Part shown: piece by piece, positions 31,345 through 41,733 of the stretch
Layout: each line of letters begins with the position of its first letter
Numbering within the stretch: position 1 is the first letter of the stretch
IMG/VR virus record: IMGVR_UViG_2541047706_000005
Span: 1-46,627 of that record
Direction: 5' to 3' (one strand)
Length of the DNA stretch: 46,627 bases
Origin: a virus
Taxonomy: Duplodnaviria > Heunggongvirae > Uroviricota > Caudoviricetes
Notes under the pieces: generated by a model
Seen by the model: only the letters and a program-made list of their open reading frames with translations
The model's database searches: none
Told to the model about the DNA's origin: nothing
Program-made: the position numbers and the translations under genes

Positions 31345-32739
31345 ATGGCAATTGTTAATATTAACGTGTCGGTGACGAATCCGCCGAAGCCCTCGCAGTT
31401 GTTAAAGTCCGGGGCGATGATTTCTATGGGCGGCACGACGCTGAATGCCGGTGAATATCAGCTGCTGACCAGTGAAACCGACCTGGCCGACATTCTCGCA
31501 CCGGCGAAAACCATCTCGACGCTCGCCTGGGCTACTGGCGTGGTAACGGTCACGCTGGCTGCCGCTCACGGATGGACTAACGGTTCACAGGTCCCGGTGA
31601 TCATCTCCGGCGCGACTCCGGCGGGGTACAATGGCGCCTATACCGCTACGGTGACAGGTACCAACACCTTCACCTATCCGCTGACGGCCAACCCCGGCAG
31701 CGCAACGGCAATGGGTACGGTAAAAACGGTAGTACAGACCGAAATTTCCCAGATGAATACCTCGTTCTGGGCCCAGGGGAAAACGCGGGCAGTTTATGTG
31801 CTGGAACTGGGCGATGTGTCCATGGAGGCAGCTGTCGCAGCGCTGACAACCTTCATTGCTGAAGACGTCTCCCTGGGTAACACCTACCAGAAGTTTTTCT
31901 CCTATCTGGTGCCGCGCGAATGGGATTCGGTCGATGAATTTAAAACCCTGACTAGCCTCTATACTTCGCCGGGAAGTCTGGTTTACTTCTTTGTCACCAC
32001 AACGATCGCGACCTATGAAGCGTGGACAGCGACGAAAAACAAAACTGTCTTTGCTGGCGTCGAGGCTCCGGATATTCCGGCTAGCGAGTTTTCCATGGCC
32101 GGCCCGTTCCAGTCATCCCTGGCAAACGACCCGGGGTCGAGCAACATGGTGCCGCCGATGTCGTACCGCTTTATGTACGGCCTGACTGAGTATCCGCTGG
32201 AAGGCAACAGCGCACTGCTGAAATCGCTTCAGGACAGCAACATCAACTACATCGGTACCGGCGCCGAAGGTGGTCTCAGTAACAAAGTGCTGTTCACCGG
32301 CCGCATGCTCGACGGTAACCCGTTCAACTACTGGTATTCGGTGGCGTGGACGGCGATCAACCTTGAGCTCGACCTGGCGAATGAAATCATCAACGGCTCC
32401 AACACGACCGTTAACCCGCTGTACTACGAGCAGAAGGGCATTGACCGCCTACAGCGTCGCGCTCTGAAAACCTTGCGTAATGGCATCAGCTACGGGCTGA
32501 TCCTCGGTCGCGTCATTGACACGCAACTGACGCAGGAAGATTTCAACACCGAGTATGACAAAGGCACTTACGCCGGCAACGCCGTGATCAACGCCGTTCC
32601 GTTCAGTAACTACAACAGCCTGAACCCCTCCGATTATCAGGAAGGAAAATACAACGGGCTGAGCGCAGTCATGACGCCGCGCCGCGGCTTCGAATCCATC
32701 ACGTTTAACGTGAACGTAACGAACTTTGTAGGGGCGTAA
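31345..32739 (+). CDS. Tail sheath protein (putative) with Ig-like module
   Basis: 464 aa immediately upstream of a 145-aa tube-sized gene; contains AHGWTNGSQVPVIISGATPAGYNG...FTY module. Confidence 0.6.
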   Translation: MAIVNINVSVTNPPKPSQLLKSGAMISMGGTTLNAGEYQLLTSETDLADILAPAKTISTLAWATGVVTVTLAAAHGWTNGSQVPVIISGATPAGYNGAYTATVTGTNTFTYPLTANPGSATAMGTVKTVVQTEISQMNTSFWAQGKTRAVYVLELGDVSMEAAVAALTTFIAEDVSLGNTYQKFFSYLVPREWDSVDEFKTLTSLYTSPGSLVYFFVTTTIATYEAWTATKNKTVFAGVEAPDIPASEFSMAGPFQSSLANDPGSSNMVPPMSYRFMYGLTEYPLEGNSALLKSLQDSNINYIGTGAEGGLSNKVLFTGRMLDGNPFNYWYSVAWTAINLELDLANEIINGSNTTVNPLYYEQKGIDRLQRRALKTLRNGISYGLILGRVIDTQLTQEDFNTEYDKGTYAGNAVINAVPFSNYNSLNPSDYQEGKYNGLSAVMTPRRGFESITFNVNVTNFVGA

Positions 32740-32742
32740 AAA

Positions 32743-33180
32743 ATGGCGAACCCATTAGTACCGCAGGGCTTTCTTAACCGCGTACGCGGGGCTCTTTCCG
32801 TCACGGATACACCGGCGCTGAACGTTTCGGCGTCGTACCTGGCAAAGGACGGCATTAGCCTGCGTCCTGACGGCCCGGCAACCGACATCATCCCTACGAT
32901 GACCGGCACCGTCGGCAGCCAGGCACCGTATCAGCAGGTAACGCTGACCGTGCATCTTCTGAAAACTCAGGGGCTGGGCGAAAGCTACCGGCAGCGCTTT
33001 TTAACCGACACGTCGCTGGGTGAAATCGTGGTGACGCCGGATGCAACGACGTTCGGCAATATCACGCTGCTCAACTGCTACCTGGTCAACTTCAACGAGC
33101 TGGCTTTTAGCGGGATGGACCCGGCTTTTGTGGTAACCATCAGCGGCTACATGGTCACTAACGACAACATGTGGGTGTAA
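32743..33180 (+). CDS. Tail tube protein (putative)
   Basis: 145 aa following the sheath gene. Confidence 0.55.
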   Translation: MANPLVPQGFLNRVRGALSVTDTPALNVSASYLAKDGISLRPDGPATDIIPTMTGTVGSQAPYQQVTLTVHLLKTQGLGESYRQRFLTDTSLGEIVVTPDATTFGNITLLNCYLVNFNELAFSGMDPAFVVTISGYMVTNDNMWV

Positions 33181-33183
33181 TGC

Positions 33184-33756
33184 ATGAAAATCGACAAGAA
33201 ACTGAATCTGGTCACCAGCGTTACCCGCGATGACGGCTCGATCGTTTACCTGCATGTGACGCCATTCCCCTATGAGGTGGTGGAAGAACACTGCATCCTG
33301 CTGGGGAACCTGTTCACAAAATTCATCTCGCAGGTGGGTGGTCTTGGCGCCGCCAGAATCGCCGCGATGATGCTGAGGCAGAGCCTGAAAGCGGAAATCG
33401 ATAACGGTCGGGCAGGCCCGAACATCGTAGATGAAATTCAGCGACTGACGGTCGTTATCCATAACGTCGGCGGCCAGTGGAAAACCACACCCCTTGAGGT
33501 GGCATTTAATCAGGGGATTATCGACCCTGATGAGTATCGTGAGATCGAAGGCGAAGTGGTTTTTTTTATGGTTTCCTCTGCTATTCAGAAGGCAAACCTG
33601 ATCGCACCGACCGTGGGAACGGTGATCAAAATGTACGATGGGCAACTAACCTCATCGAGCGTTACGGCGTTCCGCGATTCGTTGCAGACGTCGAAGCCGG
33701 TTACCGATACCCAGACCCAGAATGCCCAGCCGGAAACATCATTTATACCCTCTTAG
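33184..33756 (+). CDS. Tail assembly chaperone (putative)
   Basis: Position between tube and tape measure. Confidence 0.45.
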   Translation: MKIDKKLNLVTSVTRDDGSIVYLHVTPFPYEVVEEHCILLGNLFTKFISQVGGLGAARIAAMMLRQSLKAEIDNGRAGPNIVDEIQRLTVVIHNVGGQWKTTPLEVAFNQGIIDPDEYREIEGEVVFFMVSSAIQKANLIAPTVGTVIKMYDGQLTSSSVTAFRDSLQTSKPVTDTQTQNAQPETSFIPS

Positions 33757-33879
33757 ACTGGGCGTCTAATGAGGGCTTCTGGCAGGTGATAAGGGAGATC
33801 ACCGGCGAGGAGTATGCCAGCCCGGCGCAGTACCGGCAGCGCTACCTTCTCGCCGCGCTCAAAGAAAGAGGTTTCTTCA

Positions 33880-35697
33880 ATGGTAGCTAAGTCGATCGTC
33901 GACATTGACGTAAATGACGACAAGTTTGTCGCGTTTATGGAAAGGTTTCGCGAGTACCAGAGCGCGCTGGATGATTTACCGGAAGCCTGGCGGGTAGCTG
34001 CCGTTGGTATTGGCGAAAGCAGCAAGCAGACCGAAAAGGCCAAAGGTGAGACGAAGGAGTTAGGCGCGGAGTTTAATGCCGTGGCCGAGGCCATTCTGAC
34101 TATCAACAGTGGTATCGATCGGCTCAATACCAACCTGGAAGACTCGAAGAAAAAGCAGGACGAATTCAACAAAAGTACTCGCTCTGCGAAGGGCTTCCTC
34201 AGCGATGCGACGAAAGACGCTAAATCGCTGGCAGGGCATATCAAGGAAGCGACGGCCAGCCTTCTGTCATGGGGTGGCATTGTCGGGATATTTACCGGCG
34301 TCCTTGGCGTTGGCGGCCTGTTCGGCATCAACCGGCTGGCTGCCACCACCGGTGCCCAGCGGTTTACTTCTCTCGGGCTTGGGACGAGTATCGGCGCACT
34401 TGATTCCACCGCCATAAACTACCAGAAAGCACTCGGTAATCCGGCGGGTACGCTGGGCGCTATCCGCGATTCGCAAATGGACCTGTCGAAGCGCTGGACG
34501 TTTCAGGCGATGGGGATTAACAACCCCGACCAGGACCCGGCCAAACTGCTCCCGCAGATGATCCGTAATGCGCGCGATATCTTCGTGCAGAACGGCAGCA
34601 CGCTGCAGGGCGCACAGGCGCACGGCCTGACAAACTTCTTTACACTGGACGACCTGAACCGCTTCAAAAACATGAGCGATGAAGAGATCACCGCCATGGA
34701 GAAGCGCGCGCAGCAGGATGCGCGTATGTTGCAAATTACCGACCAGCAGGCGCGCCAGTGGCAGGATTTTAACGTCCAGCTCGACTACAGCAGCCAGAGC
34801 ATCAGGAACACGTTTGTGCGCGGCCTGGGGCCACTCACGCCGCAACTGAGCAAGCTGTCTGATGCGCTGTCAGGCGCGATCGATACCGTTCTGAAATCAC
34901 CCGAACTCGGCAAGTGGATTGATGCGCTGGCCGGCGGCATTGAGCGATTCGGTAATTACCTCGCTTCTCCTGAATTTTCCACAGATGTAAGCAACTTTAT
35001 GGACAAAGTAGAGAAAATGGGAAATCTAATTGGCAAGGTTATTGATTGGGTAACAGGGAAAGCGAGTATCTCTACTGCGGATATATCATCCGGGGCAACG
35101 ATGTTGAGCCCAAGCACCATCATCGATCCGAAAACGGGAAAATCCTATACTCCTGGAAGCAATGATGACCCGCATGTATGGGGCTGGCTCAAGGGTGTTA
35201 GGCGCTTCTTTGAAGATGGAACCGTTAAAGCTGTTGATCCCACACCTGCAAATACTTCCGACAGAAACAGGACTATTGCAGATCGATTTAATAATCCGGG
35301 AAATCTGCGGTGGGCTGAAGGATATAGCAGCGAGAATACGAGAAGCGGTAAATTTGCCGTCTTCCCAACGCTGGATGAAGGCGTACTGGCGGCGACAAAG
35401 CAACTTCAAATGTATGGCGCTAAAGGAATAAATACGGTAGGAGATATTGCAAGAAAATGGGCTCCTCCTAAGGAAAATAATACCGCTGAGTATATTCGGC
35501 ATGTGGTTAAAACTACTGGATTTAATGAGAATCAGAAACTGAATCTCAATGATCCTCAGGTTATCGCGAAACTCATTTCTGCTATATCTCAAAAAGAAGG
35601 GGCTGGTAGCAGAGTTTCTGAGAGCACAGTCATTCAGATCTATAACAATACCGGTGGGAATGCAGTGGTAACTTCAGCGCAATTGGGGGCGAGGTAA
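33880..35697 (+). CDS. Tail tape measure protein (putative)
   Basis: About 605 aa, coiled-coil-rich N-half; start taken at internal MVAKSIV. Confidence 0.55.
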   Translation: MVAKSIVDIDVNDDKFVAFMERFREYQSALDDLPEAWRVAAVGIGESSKQTEKAKGETKELGAEFNAVAEAILTINSGIDRLNTNLEDSKKKQDEFNKSTRSAKGFLSDATKDAKSLAGHIKEATASLLSWGGIVGIFTGVLGVGGLFGINRLAATTGAQRFTSLGLGTSIGALDSTAINYQKALGNPAGTLGAIRDSQMDLSKRWTFQAMGINNPDQDPAKLLPQMIRNARDIFVQNGSTLQGAQAHGLTNFFTLDDLNRFKNMSDEEITAMEKRAQQDARMLQITDQQARQWQDFNVQLDYSSQSIRNTFVRGLGPLTPQLSKLSDALSGAIDTVLKSPELGKWIDALAGGIERFGNYLASPEFSTDVSNFMDKVEKMGNLIGKVIDWVTGKASISTADISSGATMLSPSTIIDPKTGKSYTPGSNDDPHVWGWLKGVRRFFEDGTVKAVDPTPANTSDRNRTIADRFNNPGNLRWAEGYSSENTRSGKFAVFPTLDEGVLAATKQLQMYGAKGINTVGDIARKWAPPKENNTAEYIRHVVKTTGFNENQKLNLNDPQVIAKLISAISQKEGAGSRVSESTVIQIYNNTGGNAVVTSAQLGAR

Positions 35698-36407
35698 TGG
35701 GATTCACACGTGAAATGTATAAGCTGGGTTTTGAAATATCCCCAGTAATACTTTGCGGAGGGATAGCGCAGGCCATTCCTGGAGGAATGCTCCCGATCGT
35801 CGCTTTGACGCAGAGCGCGAGCTTTGTTACGGGACTGCTTGGAGGAGCCATAAACCTAACAGATCTGGATAAATATTTCTGCCACTGGCGCCCGGTTCAG
35901 GGCGCCACAATGGTTGATTATGAAATTGCCAGATACCCTTTTGCCAACCAGGTAGTAGCTGCGAACGCCTTGCTTGCTCAGCCTTTGCGCGTTTCGTTGG
36001 TAATGGAGGCTCCGGTCAATGAAAACACCGGGGCGATGACAAAGCTCGTCACTATGAGTGCTTTGCAGTCTGTCCTTCAGGCGCATTCTAACTTAGGCGG
36101 CACGTTTATCGTCGCCACCCCATCCGTTATCTATAGCAACTGCATTTTGCGTGTAGTGAGGGACATTACCTCTGGTAACGATCCATTACCACAGCGTTCA
36201 TGGATATGGGATTTCGAGCAGCCACTGATAACCGATAATGGCGCAGAGCAGGCCGTGAACAATTTTTTAAACAAGATTGGCGCCGGGGATATGGTAACAG
36301 ACCCATCCTGGACCAATACAGCCAATGCTCTTGGCAACACGCCACTCGGGAGCTCTGTTTCGGAAGCAATCACCGGGCTGTTGGGTAAGTTGGGGGTAGG
36401 GCCATGA
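35697..36407 (+). CDS. Tail/baseplate assembly protein
   Basis: ORF track; coupled to tape measure. Confidence 0.45.
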   Translation: MGFTREMYKLGFEISPVILCGGIAQAIPGGMLPIVALTQSASFVTGLLGGAINLTDLDKYFCHWRPVQGATMVDYEIARYPFANQVVAANALLAQPLRVSLVMEAPVNENTGAMTKLVTMSALQSVLQAHSNLGGTFIVATPSVIYSNCILRVVRDITSGNDPLPQRSWIWDFEQPLITDNGAEQAVNNFLNKIGAGDMVTDPSWTNTANALGNTPLGSSVSEAITGLLGKLGVGP

Positions 36408-36682
36408 CAACCCAGAATTATCCGTTTACCGGCAATGATCGTCAAAGTATGACATTTACACCGATCCTTGATGGCACCGTCTATAACTGCCAGGTTAAAT
36501 GGAACATTGCCGGGATGAGGTGGTATGTCCTCATTACAGATGGCTCTGGGAATACCATTCTTAATACCCCGCTCGTTGGCTCCGTGCTTAACGGTGGAAT
36601 AAATATTATCTCCGGAGTGTTTAATTCGTCCTCCATGTACTGGCGAGAGCAGAATGGACAGATTGAGGTAAACAACTCATGA
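36404..36682 (+). CDS. Small tail protein
   Basis: ORF track. Confidence 0.4.
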   Translation: MTTQNYPFTGNDRQSMTFTPILDGTVYNCQVKWNIAGMRWYVLITDGSGNTILNTPLVGSVLNGGINIISGVFNSSSMYWREQNGQIEVNNS

Positions 36683-37716
36683 GATATTATGATATTGAGA
36701 TAACCATTCCTGCTGAAGGCGCCTCTCCGGAAAGAACGATAAAATACAGTAGCCATAAGAACGGAGTTTACAACCCAGGCGCCCTGATGATTGAGTTTGA
36801 TATCCTCAGGTACGGTGAATCGACTCCCCAGGGCGAGACTCACCTGACCATCTGGGGTATTGGCCCAAAAGAAATGCAGCAGGCTCGCCAGAATTTCTTT
36901 GGCAAAAAAATTAAAATATTCCTTGGGATGAAAGACGGGCTGCCATTGGCTGGAAAGGTTACCGCGCCAAAACTGGTATTGGATGGCGTGATAAATCAGG
37001 TCTTTGGTAACTGGCAGGGTATTGAGTTACGACTCGACTTCATAATCGTGGTTGGTCCTGTCCAGAACGTGCCAAATAACAAACCCGTACCCCTTCCTTT
37101 AACCTTTGACTGGAAGGAGGGGCAGAAGCTTTCTGTAGCCCTCACGCAGTGTTTTATGAACATCAGAGGGTATACGTTCAATATCAACATAAGCGACCGG
37201 CTAATCCTTAATCATTACCGGGGGCTGTTTTGTGATGACATTGTCACCCTGGCCAAGGACCTTAATGCTTTTTCACGTTCCAGAATTCGCGATAGCGGGT
37301 ACTCTGGTGTAGAGATCGCAATAGTGAATGGTAATGAGATCCGGGTATGGGATAACGATTATGATAACCACCCGGATAAGACTTCTGTTTCCAGCGCCGT
37401 AGCCAGAAGTAACAGCCCAACCCAAATAGGTTTCAAGGATTTAATAGGTCAGCCAACATGGGTGGCATTTAACACAATCAGCATGGCGTGCGTAATGCGC
37501 GGTGATATTCAGGTTGGCGATCACATCCTGATGCCTAAAAAAAGCACTCCTTTGATACAGGCCTCTTCGTACTCCCAATATCGAGAAGACTCTGCCTTTA
37601 CTGGCGACTTTATTGTGAACTCCGTTCGCCTGTTAGGAAATAGCAGGCAACCAACGGCAGAAGCATGGGTAACAATTATTGAGGCTTCACCTTTCATTAA
37701 GGCAGGTAATGCATGA
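36679..37716 (+). CDS. Baseplate hub-like protein
   Basis: ORF track; position. Confidence 0.45.
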   Translation: MRYYDIEITIPAEGASPERTIKYSSHKNGVYNPGALMIEFDILRYGESTPQGETHLTIWGIGPKEMQQARQNFFGKKIKIFLGMKDGLPLAGKVTAPKLVLDGVINQVFGNWQGIELRLDFIIVVGPVQNVPNNKPVPLPLTFDWKEGQKLSVALTQCFMNIRGYTFNINISDRLILNHYRGLFCDDIVTLAKDLNAFSRSRIRDSGYSGVEIAIVNGNEIRVWDNDYDNHPDKTSVSSAVARSNSPTQIGFKDLIGQPTWVAFNTISMACVMRGDIQVGDHILMPKKSTPLIQASSYSQYREDSAFTGDFIVNSVRLLGNSRQPTAEAWVTIIEASPFIKAGNA

Positions 37717-38429
37717 GCATCGACAACAAGCTTAATTTTGCCTCAAGCATGAACAGGTTTACTGAAAGAAAGATTGAAAATGCGCTTCAAAAATCAGGGA
37801 AAGTTCTTCCGGCGAGCGTGGTTAAGCAAACAGGGAATATGATCACCGTCTCCTTTGAGCTAAGGGATATCCCATATGTTTTGCCGCAAGTGACTATCCC
37901 CTTATTCGGCCCTCAATATATTCGTTACCCTATGCAGCCGGGAGACAAGGGGATCGTTATCCCTGCAGATACTTACATTGGCGGGGTTAGCGGTCAGGGA
38001 GGCGGCATTGCGGATATGACTCCGCCAGCAAACTTAAGCGCTCTTGTTTTCTTGCCGATCAGTAATACCGAGTGGCAGGGTGTCGACGGGCAGGTGGTGA
38101 CGGTATACGGCCCGGAGGGTGTAACGCTGCGCGACAGCGGCAGCAACACGACGTTTCTCCTGAAGCCTGACAGCATCGCCATTTCCACACCTGACAGCTT
38201 CACCGTAACCGTTGGCGGGACAGTTTTTTCACTGACCGGTAGCAAATGGAGCCTTTCAGGACAGGCTGGTCACCTGCAGGATTCAGTGGCCAGTACCAGC
38301 CCGGCAATCATGCACGCTGGATGGCAGTCGCTTCTGGCCTGGCTTAACAGCCATGAACATTCAAACGGCAACGATGGAAATGATACCGGGGGGCCGACTT
38401 CAACGTTTAACGGGAGTATCACCGAGTGA
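37713..38429 (+). CDS. Baseplate protein
   Basis: ORF track. Confidence 0.45.
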   Translation: MSIDNKLNFASSMNRFTERKIENALQKSGKVLPASVVKQTGNMITVSFELRDIPYVLPQVTIPLFGPQYIRYPMQPGDKGIVIPADTYIGGVSGQGGGIADMTPPANLSALVFLPISNTEWQGVDGQVVTVYGPEGVTLRDSGSNTTFLLKPDSIAISTPDSFTVTVGGTVFSLTGSKWSLSGQAGHLQDSVASTSPAIMHAGWQSLLAWLNSHEHSNGNDGNDTGGPTSTFNGSITE

Positions 38430-38758
38430 GAACCTATGGCCGAAACTCTGAGGGGAAGTGGGTCCTGGTGGAAACCGACGAATATGGGTTTAATGACTCG
38501 GTGTATTTAACCACCCTGATCCAGAATCTGAAACTGGCGCCGCAGGAGTCGCCCTTTTACGCAAATAACGGAATCCCGGCCGCCGGGTCGGTGATCCAGC
38601 AAATCCTGCCGACGTATTACGTAAACCGTATTCAAAAACAGTTCAGCCAGTATTTTTCCTCGCTACAGATTGCGCTGATCAGCGACGACCCGCCTGTTTA
38701 TAACATCTCGGCAATCACAAACGCAGGTTCAAAAATAATTACACAGGTGGCCGTATGA
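38426..38758 (+). CDS. Small baseplate protein (GpW-like position)
   Basis: 110 aa preceding the J-like gene. Confidence 0.4.
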   Translation: MRTYGRNSEGKWVLVETDEYGFNDSVYLTTLIQNLKLAPQESPFYANNGIPAAGSVIQQILPTYYVNRIQKQFSQYFSSLQIALISDDPPVYNISAITNAGSKIITQVAV

Positions 38759-40173
38759 GCGATTTACCAGTCAGCTATACGTCAGCAGGCCCGGTTCCTC
38801 TGACGCCGGAAGAGCTAAGAGCACAGCTCGTTTCTCAGGCAATTGCGCTATCTCCGGGACTCACAACTGATTTGCCTGGATCTCTGATTGAGGACGTGGC
38901 CAGTACCGATGTCGGCGCGCTCATCGTTTGTGATCAAGCAAGGGTTGACCTGATTAACTCGGTGGGGCCACTAAAGGCTAACCTGGCCATGCTGGAGCTT
39001 CTCGCACAGCAGGCTGGTATCCCTGGGCAGAAAACGGCTGGCACAACAACAGTCCCGGTTCAGTTTTCCGGCCCCGCGGGATTTGTTATCCCACAGGGGT
39101 TTATTGTTTCTGATGGGACCTATACCTATTCAGTCAGTGATGCGACGATTATCTCGTCGTCTGGAGTATCTGCCAGCGTATCATGCGAGGGAACGGAGAC
39201 CGGGACCTGGGCGGTGCCGGTAAATACGGTTAACCAGATCATATCCAGTCTACCGTCTGACGTCACCATCACCTGCACCAACCCGATCGCCGGCACTCCG
39301 GGTGCTGACCCGGAAACGAACTATCAGTTTCGTGATCGCGTATGGCAGGCGCAGATGGCCACCGTTCAGGGATATCCTGGATTTATCCGGCAATATCTCA
39401 CCAGCCTTGATAACGTGCAGGCGCGCCTGGTTTCTGTCATTCAGGACGGGGATAAATGGATAGTCATGTGTGCCGGCGGTGATATTTACGATATTGCTGG
39501 CGCGCTCTATAAGTCTGCGGGGGATATCAGCCGGCTGAAAGGGTGTTCACTGAACGTAACGGGGATCACGAATGCAAATCCTGGTGTCGTCAGCACAGAC
39601 CTGACTCATGGTTACACTGACGGCCAGGTTATCCGGATCACTGGCGTTACCGGGATGACGGGTATTAATGACGTCCCTCTGACCGTGACGGTACTGTCTC
39701 CTCACACGTTTTCCATCGGGATTGACACCACGTCATCCGGGACCTGGGGAGGCGGCGGCGAGGTGACACCGAACGTCAGAAACAATACCGTGACGGTGAA
39801 TGACTGGCCTGATAACTACGTGATCCCGTTCGTGACGCCATTGCTGCAGCGGGTCACTGTGACGTATCAGTGGGGGACAGAAAGTGTTAACTACCTGACA
39901 GATGCCACGGTCGCCTCTCTGGTCTCGGCGCCTACGATTCAGTATGTGAACGGCATATTCGCCGGGAAACCGCTGAACGTTAACAACCTGAAAGACGCAT
40001 TTTTGCAGGCGATTAACTCGACAATCGACATGGGGCTGATCAGCACTCTAAACGTCGTGGTCACCATCAATGGTGTGATAACGCCACCGGATGCCGGGAC
40101 GAATATCATCAGCGGCGATAAGTTCAGTTATTTTTATATCGCGTCGGATGGCGTGATCGTAACAGGGGCGTAG
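38755..40173 (+). CDS. Baseplate J-like protein with Ig-like module
   Basis: 472 aa; contains THGYTDGQVIRITGVTGMTGINDVPLTVTVLSPHTFSI module. Confidence 0.5.
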   Translation: MSDLPVSYTSAGPVPLTPEELRAQLVSQAIALSPGLTTDLPGSLIEDVASTDVGALIVCDQARVDLINSVGPLKANLAMLELLAQQAGIPGQKTAGTTTVPVQFSGPAGFVIPQGFIVSDGTYTYSVSDATIISSSGVSASVSCEGTETGTWAVPVNTVNQIISSLPSDVTITCTNPIAGTPGADPETNYQFRDRVWQAQMATVQGYPGFIRQYLTSLDNVQARLVSVIQDGDKWIVMCAGGDIYDIAGALYKSAGDISRLKGCSLNVTGITNANPGVVSTDLTHGYTDGQVIRITGVTGMTGINDVPLTVTVLSPHTFSIGIDTTSSGTWGGGGEVTPNVRNNTVTVNDWPDNYVIPFVTPLLQRVTVTYQWGTESVNYLTDATVASLVSAPTIQYVNGIFAGKPLNVNNLKDAFLQAINSTIDMGLISTLNVVVTINGVITPPDAGTNIISGDKFSYFYIASDGVIVTGA

Positions 40174-40174
40174 C

Positions 40175-40879
40175 ATGCTGGACGATATCATCCGGTCGTA
40201 TATGTATACGCAATACAACGACGATGACAATCTGCGGGCGTTTTTTACTGCGTATAACTCGATGGCGCAGGGCATTTATGACTGGATGGTTAATGCCAAC
40301 CTGCCGATTTTCATCGGTGACTACAACACCGGAGACCAGCTCAGATGGATTGCCCATGGCATCTATGGCGTGTTGCCGCCGGTGATTTCCAGCAGCGATC
40401 AGCAGGAGATAGGCCCATATAACACCTTCGAATTTAACCAGTTGGCATTCAATGAATACCGGGTGATTGACCAGTCGAACCAGGTTGTTGTCTCCGATGA
40501 CATTTTTAAGCGGATCATGACCTGGAATTTTTATAAAGGTGACGGCTTCTATTTCTCTATCCCATGGATAAAACGGCGTATTCTGCGGTTCCTGTTGGGA
40601 GTGAATGGCACCGATATCCTCAATGACCAGCGGTGGAGTATATCGATCCAGTTTGTGGATGGCGGGATCGTGATATCCATCTATAAGGGGCGCCGCAGGT
40701 TCACGCGGAGCGCTATCTACAACGCATCGGCCTATAACTCCAGGAAGTACAACCAGAAGGACACGGCCTTTGTGATCACCGAGGATTTCGAGTTCGCTAT
40801 TTTCTTCAAGCAGGCCATGGATAGCGGCCTGCTGCACATGCCGTTCTATCAGTCAATTTCGGTGGAAATTATTGATTGA
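40175..40879 (+). CDS. Baseplate/tail protein
   Basis: ORF track. Confidence 0.45.
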   Translation: MLDDIIRSYMYTQYNDDDNLRAFFTAYNSMAQGIYDWMVNANLPIFIGDYNTGDQLRWIAHGIYGVLPPVISSSDQQEIGPYNTFEFNQLAFNEYRVIDQSNQVVVSDDIFKRIMTWNFYKGDGFYFSIPWIKRRILRFLLGVNGTDILNDQRWSISIQFVDGGIVISIYKGRRRFTRSAIYNASAYNSRKYNQKDTAFVITEDFEFAIFFKQAMDSGLLHMPFYQSISVEIID

Positions 40880-40937
40880 AGCACAGTTCCTGTGGTGTAG
40901 AATTTATCGCATCCACCACAGCATGGTTATCATTAAA

Positions 40938-41639
40938 ATGAAAAAATTGGTCCTTCTCGGATTATTGTCAGTTTCACTATGCACGGGTACTTCCCTTGCA
41001 GCTTCATTTGATTGCTCTAAAGCAAAAAGCTTTGCTGAGAAAACAATATGTGAGAACCCTAAGCTTTCAAAGGATGATGATGACTTAAAATATTTATATG
41101 CAAACGCTAAGGCATACACCAAAGACCGGAAGGCGTTTTCTGAGATAACTAAAGCTCTTTTGGATTCAAGAGAACGTTGCAGTGATCTCAAATGTGTTGA
41201 TGAATGGTATGATACTGCGTTTGCAATTTACGGCGCCATAAAGGAAACTGGCATACCAGAAACCAATGGCGTAAATGATATATTAAAGAATGAAGGTGTA
41301 ACAAAACCTTCAGAAATTAATGAAAAACCTACTGAGATTACAACGCCGTCAGCCAAGAAGACAAAGGAAAACAAAAAAGATTTTAGTTTGTACGACTCAA
41401 AGGATAGAGCCGCGCCAGTTGAACATAACGCAATATTATATAAAGACACTCCAGAGGCATTCGAATTTATAGATACACTTGTTGGGTTTGTCAGACAAAG
41501 CTCTTACAAATGTGACTCTGTTAGCTCTTTCATACCCTTGGTTTCATCGAATGGCTTTACGCTCGCATGTAATAAATTCAGCTACAAATATGAAATTAAA
41601 AATAACGGCGGAAATGTCTCTGTTTCTGTAGATAATTAG
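40938..41639 (+). CDS. Secreted DUF1311/LprI-like protein (moron)
   Basis: Signal peptide MKKLVLLGLLSVSLCTGTSLAAS; Cys motif C..A..FAEKTIC..P.L...D..L..LY; AT-rich, own promoter-like element and terminator. Confidence 0.6.
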   Translation: MKKLVLLGLLSVSLCTGTSLAASFDCSKAKSFAEKTICENPKLSKDDDDLKYLYANAKAYTKDRKAFSEITKALLDSRERCSDLKCVDEWYDTAFAIYGAIKETGIPETNGVNDILKNEGVTKPSEINEKPTEITTPSAKKTKENKKDFSLYDSKDRAAPVEHNAILYKDTPEAFEFIDTLVGFVRQSSYKCDSVSSFIPLVSSNGFTLACNKFSYKYEIKNNGGNVSVSVDN

Positions 41640-41687
41640 CTCAAAGCCCACGCCAGTGGGATTTCATAAATAACACATTGATAACAT

Positions 41688-41712
41688 CAAACCCGCTTCG
41701 GCGGGTTTTTTT
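41688..41712 (+). terminator. Rho-independent terminator after the moron
   Basis: aacccgc-ttcg-gcgggtt followed by T-run. Confidence 0.65.
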
Positions 41713-41733
41713 ATGCCTAAATCCGGAGGAGAC

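Noticed and set aside
33001-34845. Minus-strand ORFs (214, 220 and 192 aa) across the tail chaperone and tape-measure genes
   Set aside because: Antisense frames in a GC-rich operon; no terminator or promoter signals in that orientation
40124-40837. Minus-strand 237-aa ORF opposite the last baseplate gene
   Set aside because: Antisense to a coupled structural operon; His/Arg-rich translation typical of spurious frames
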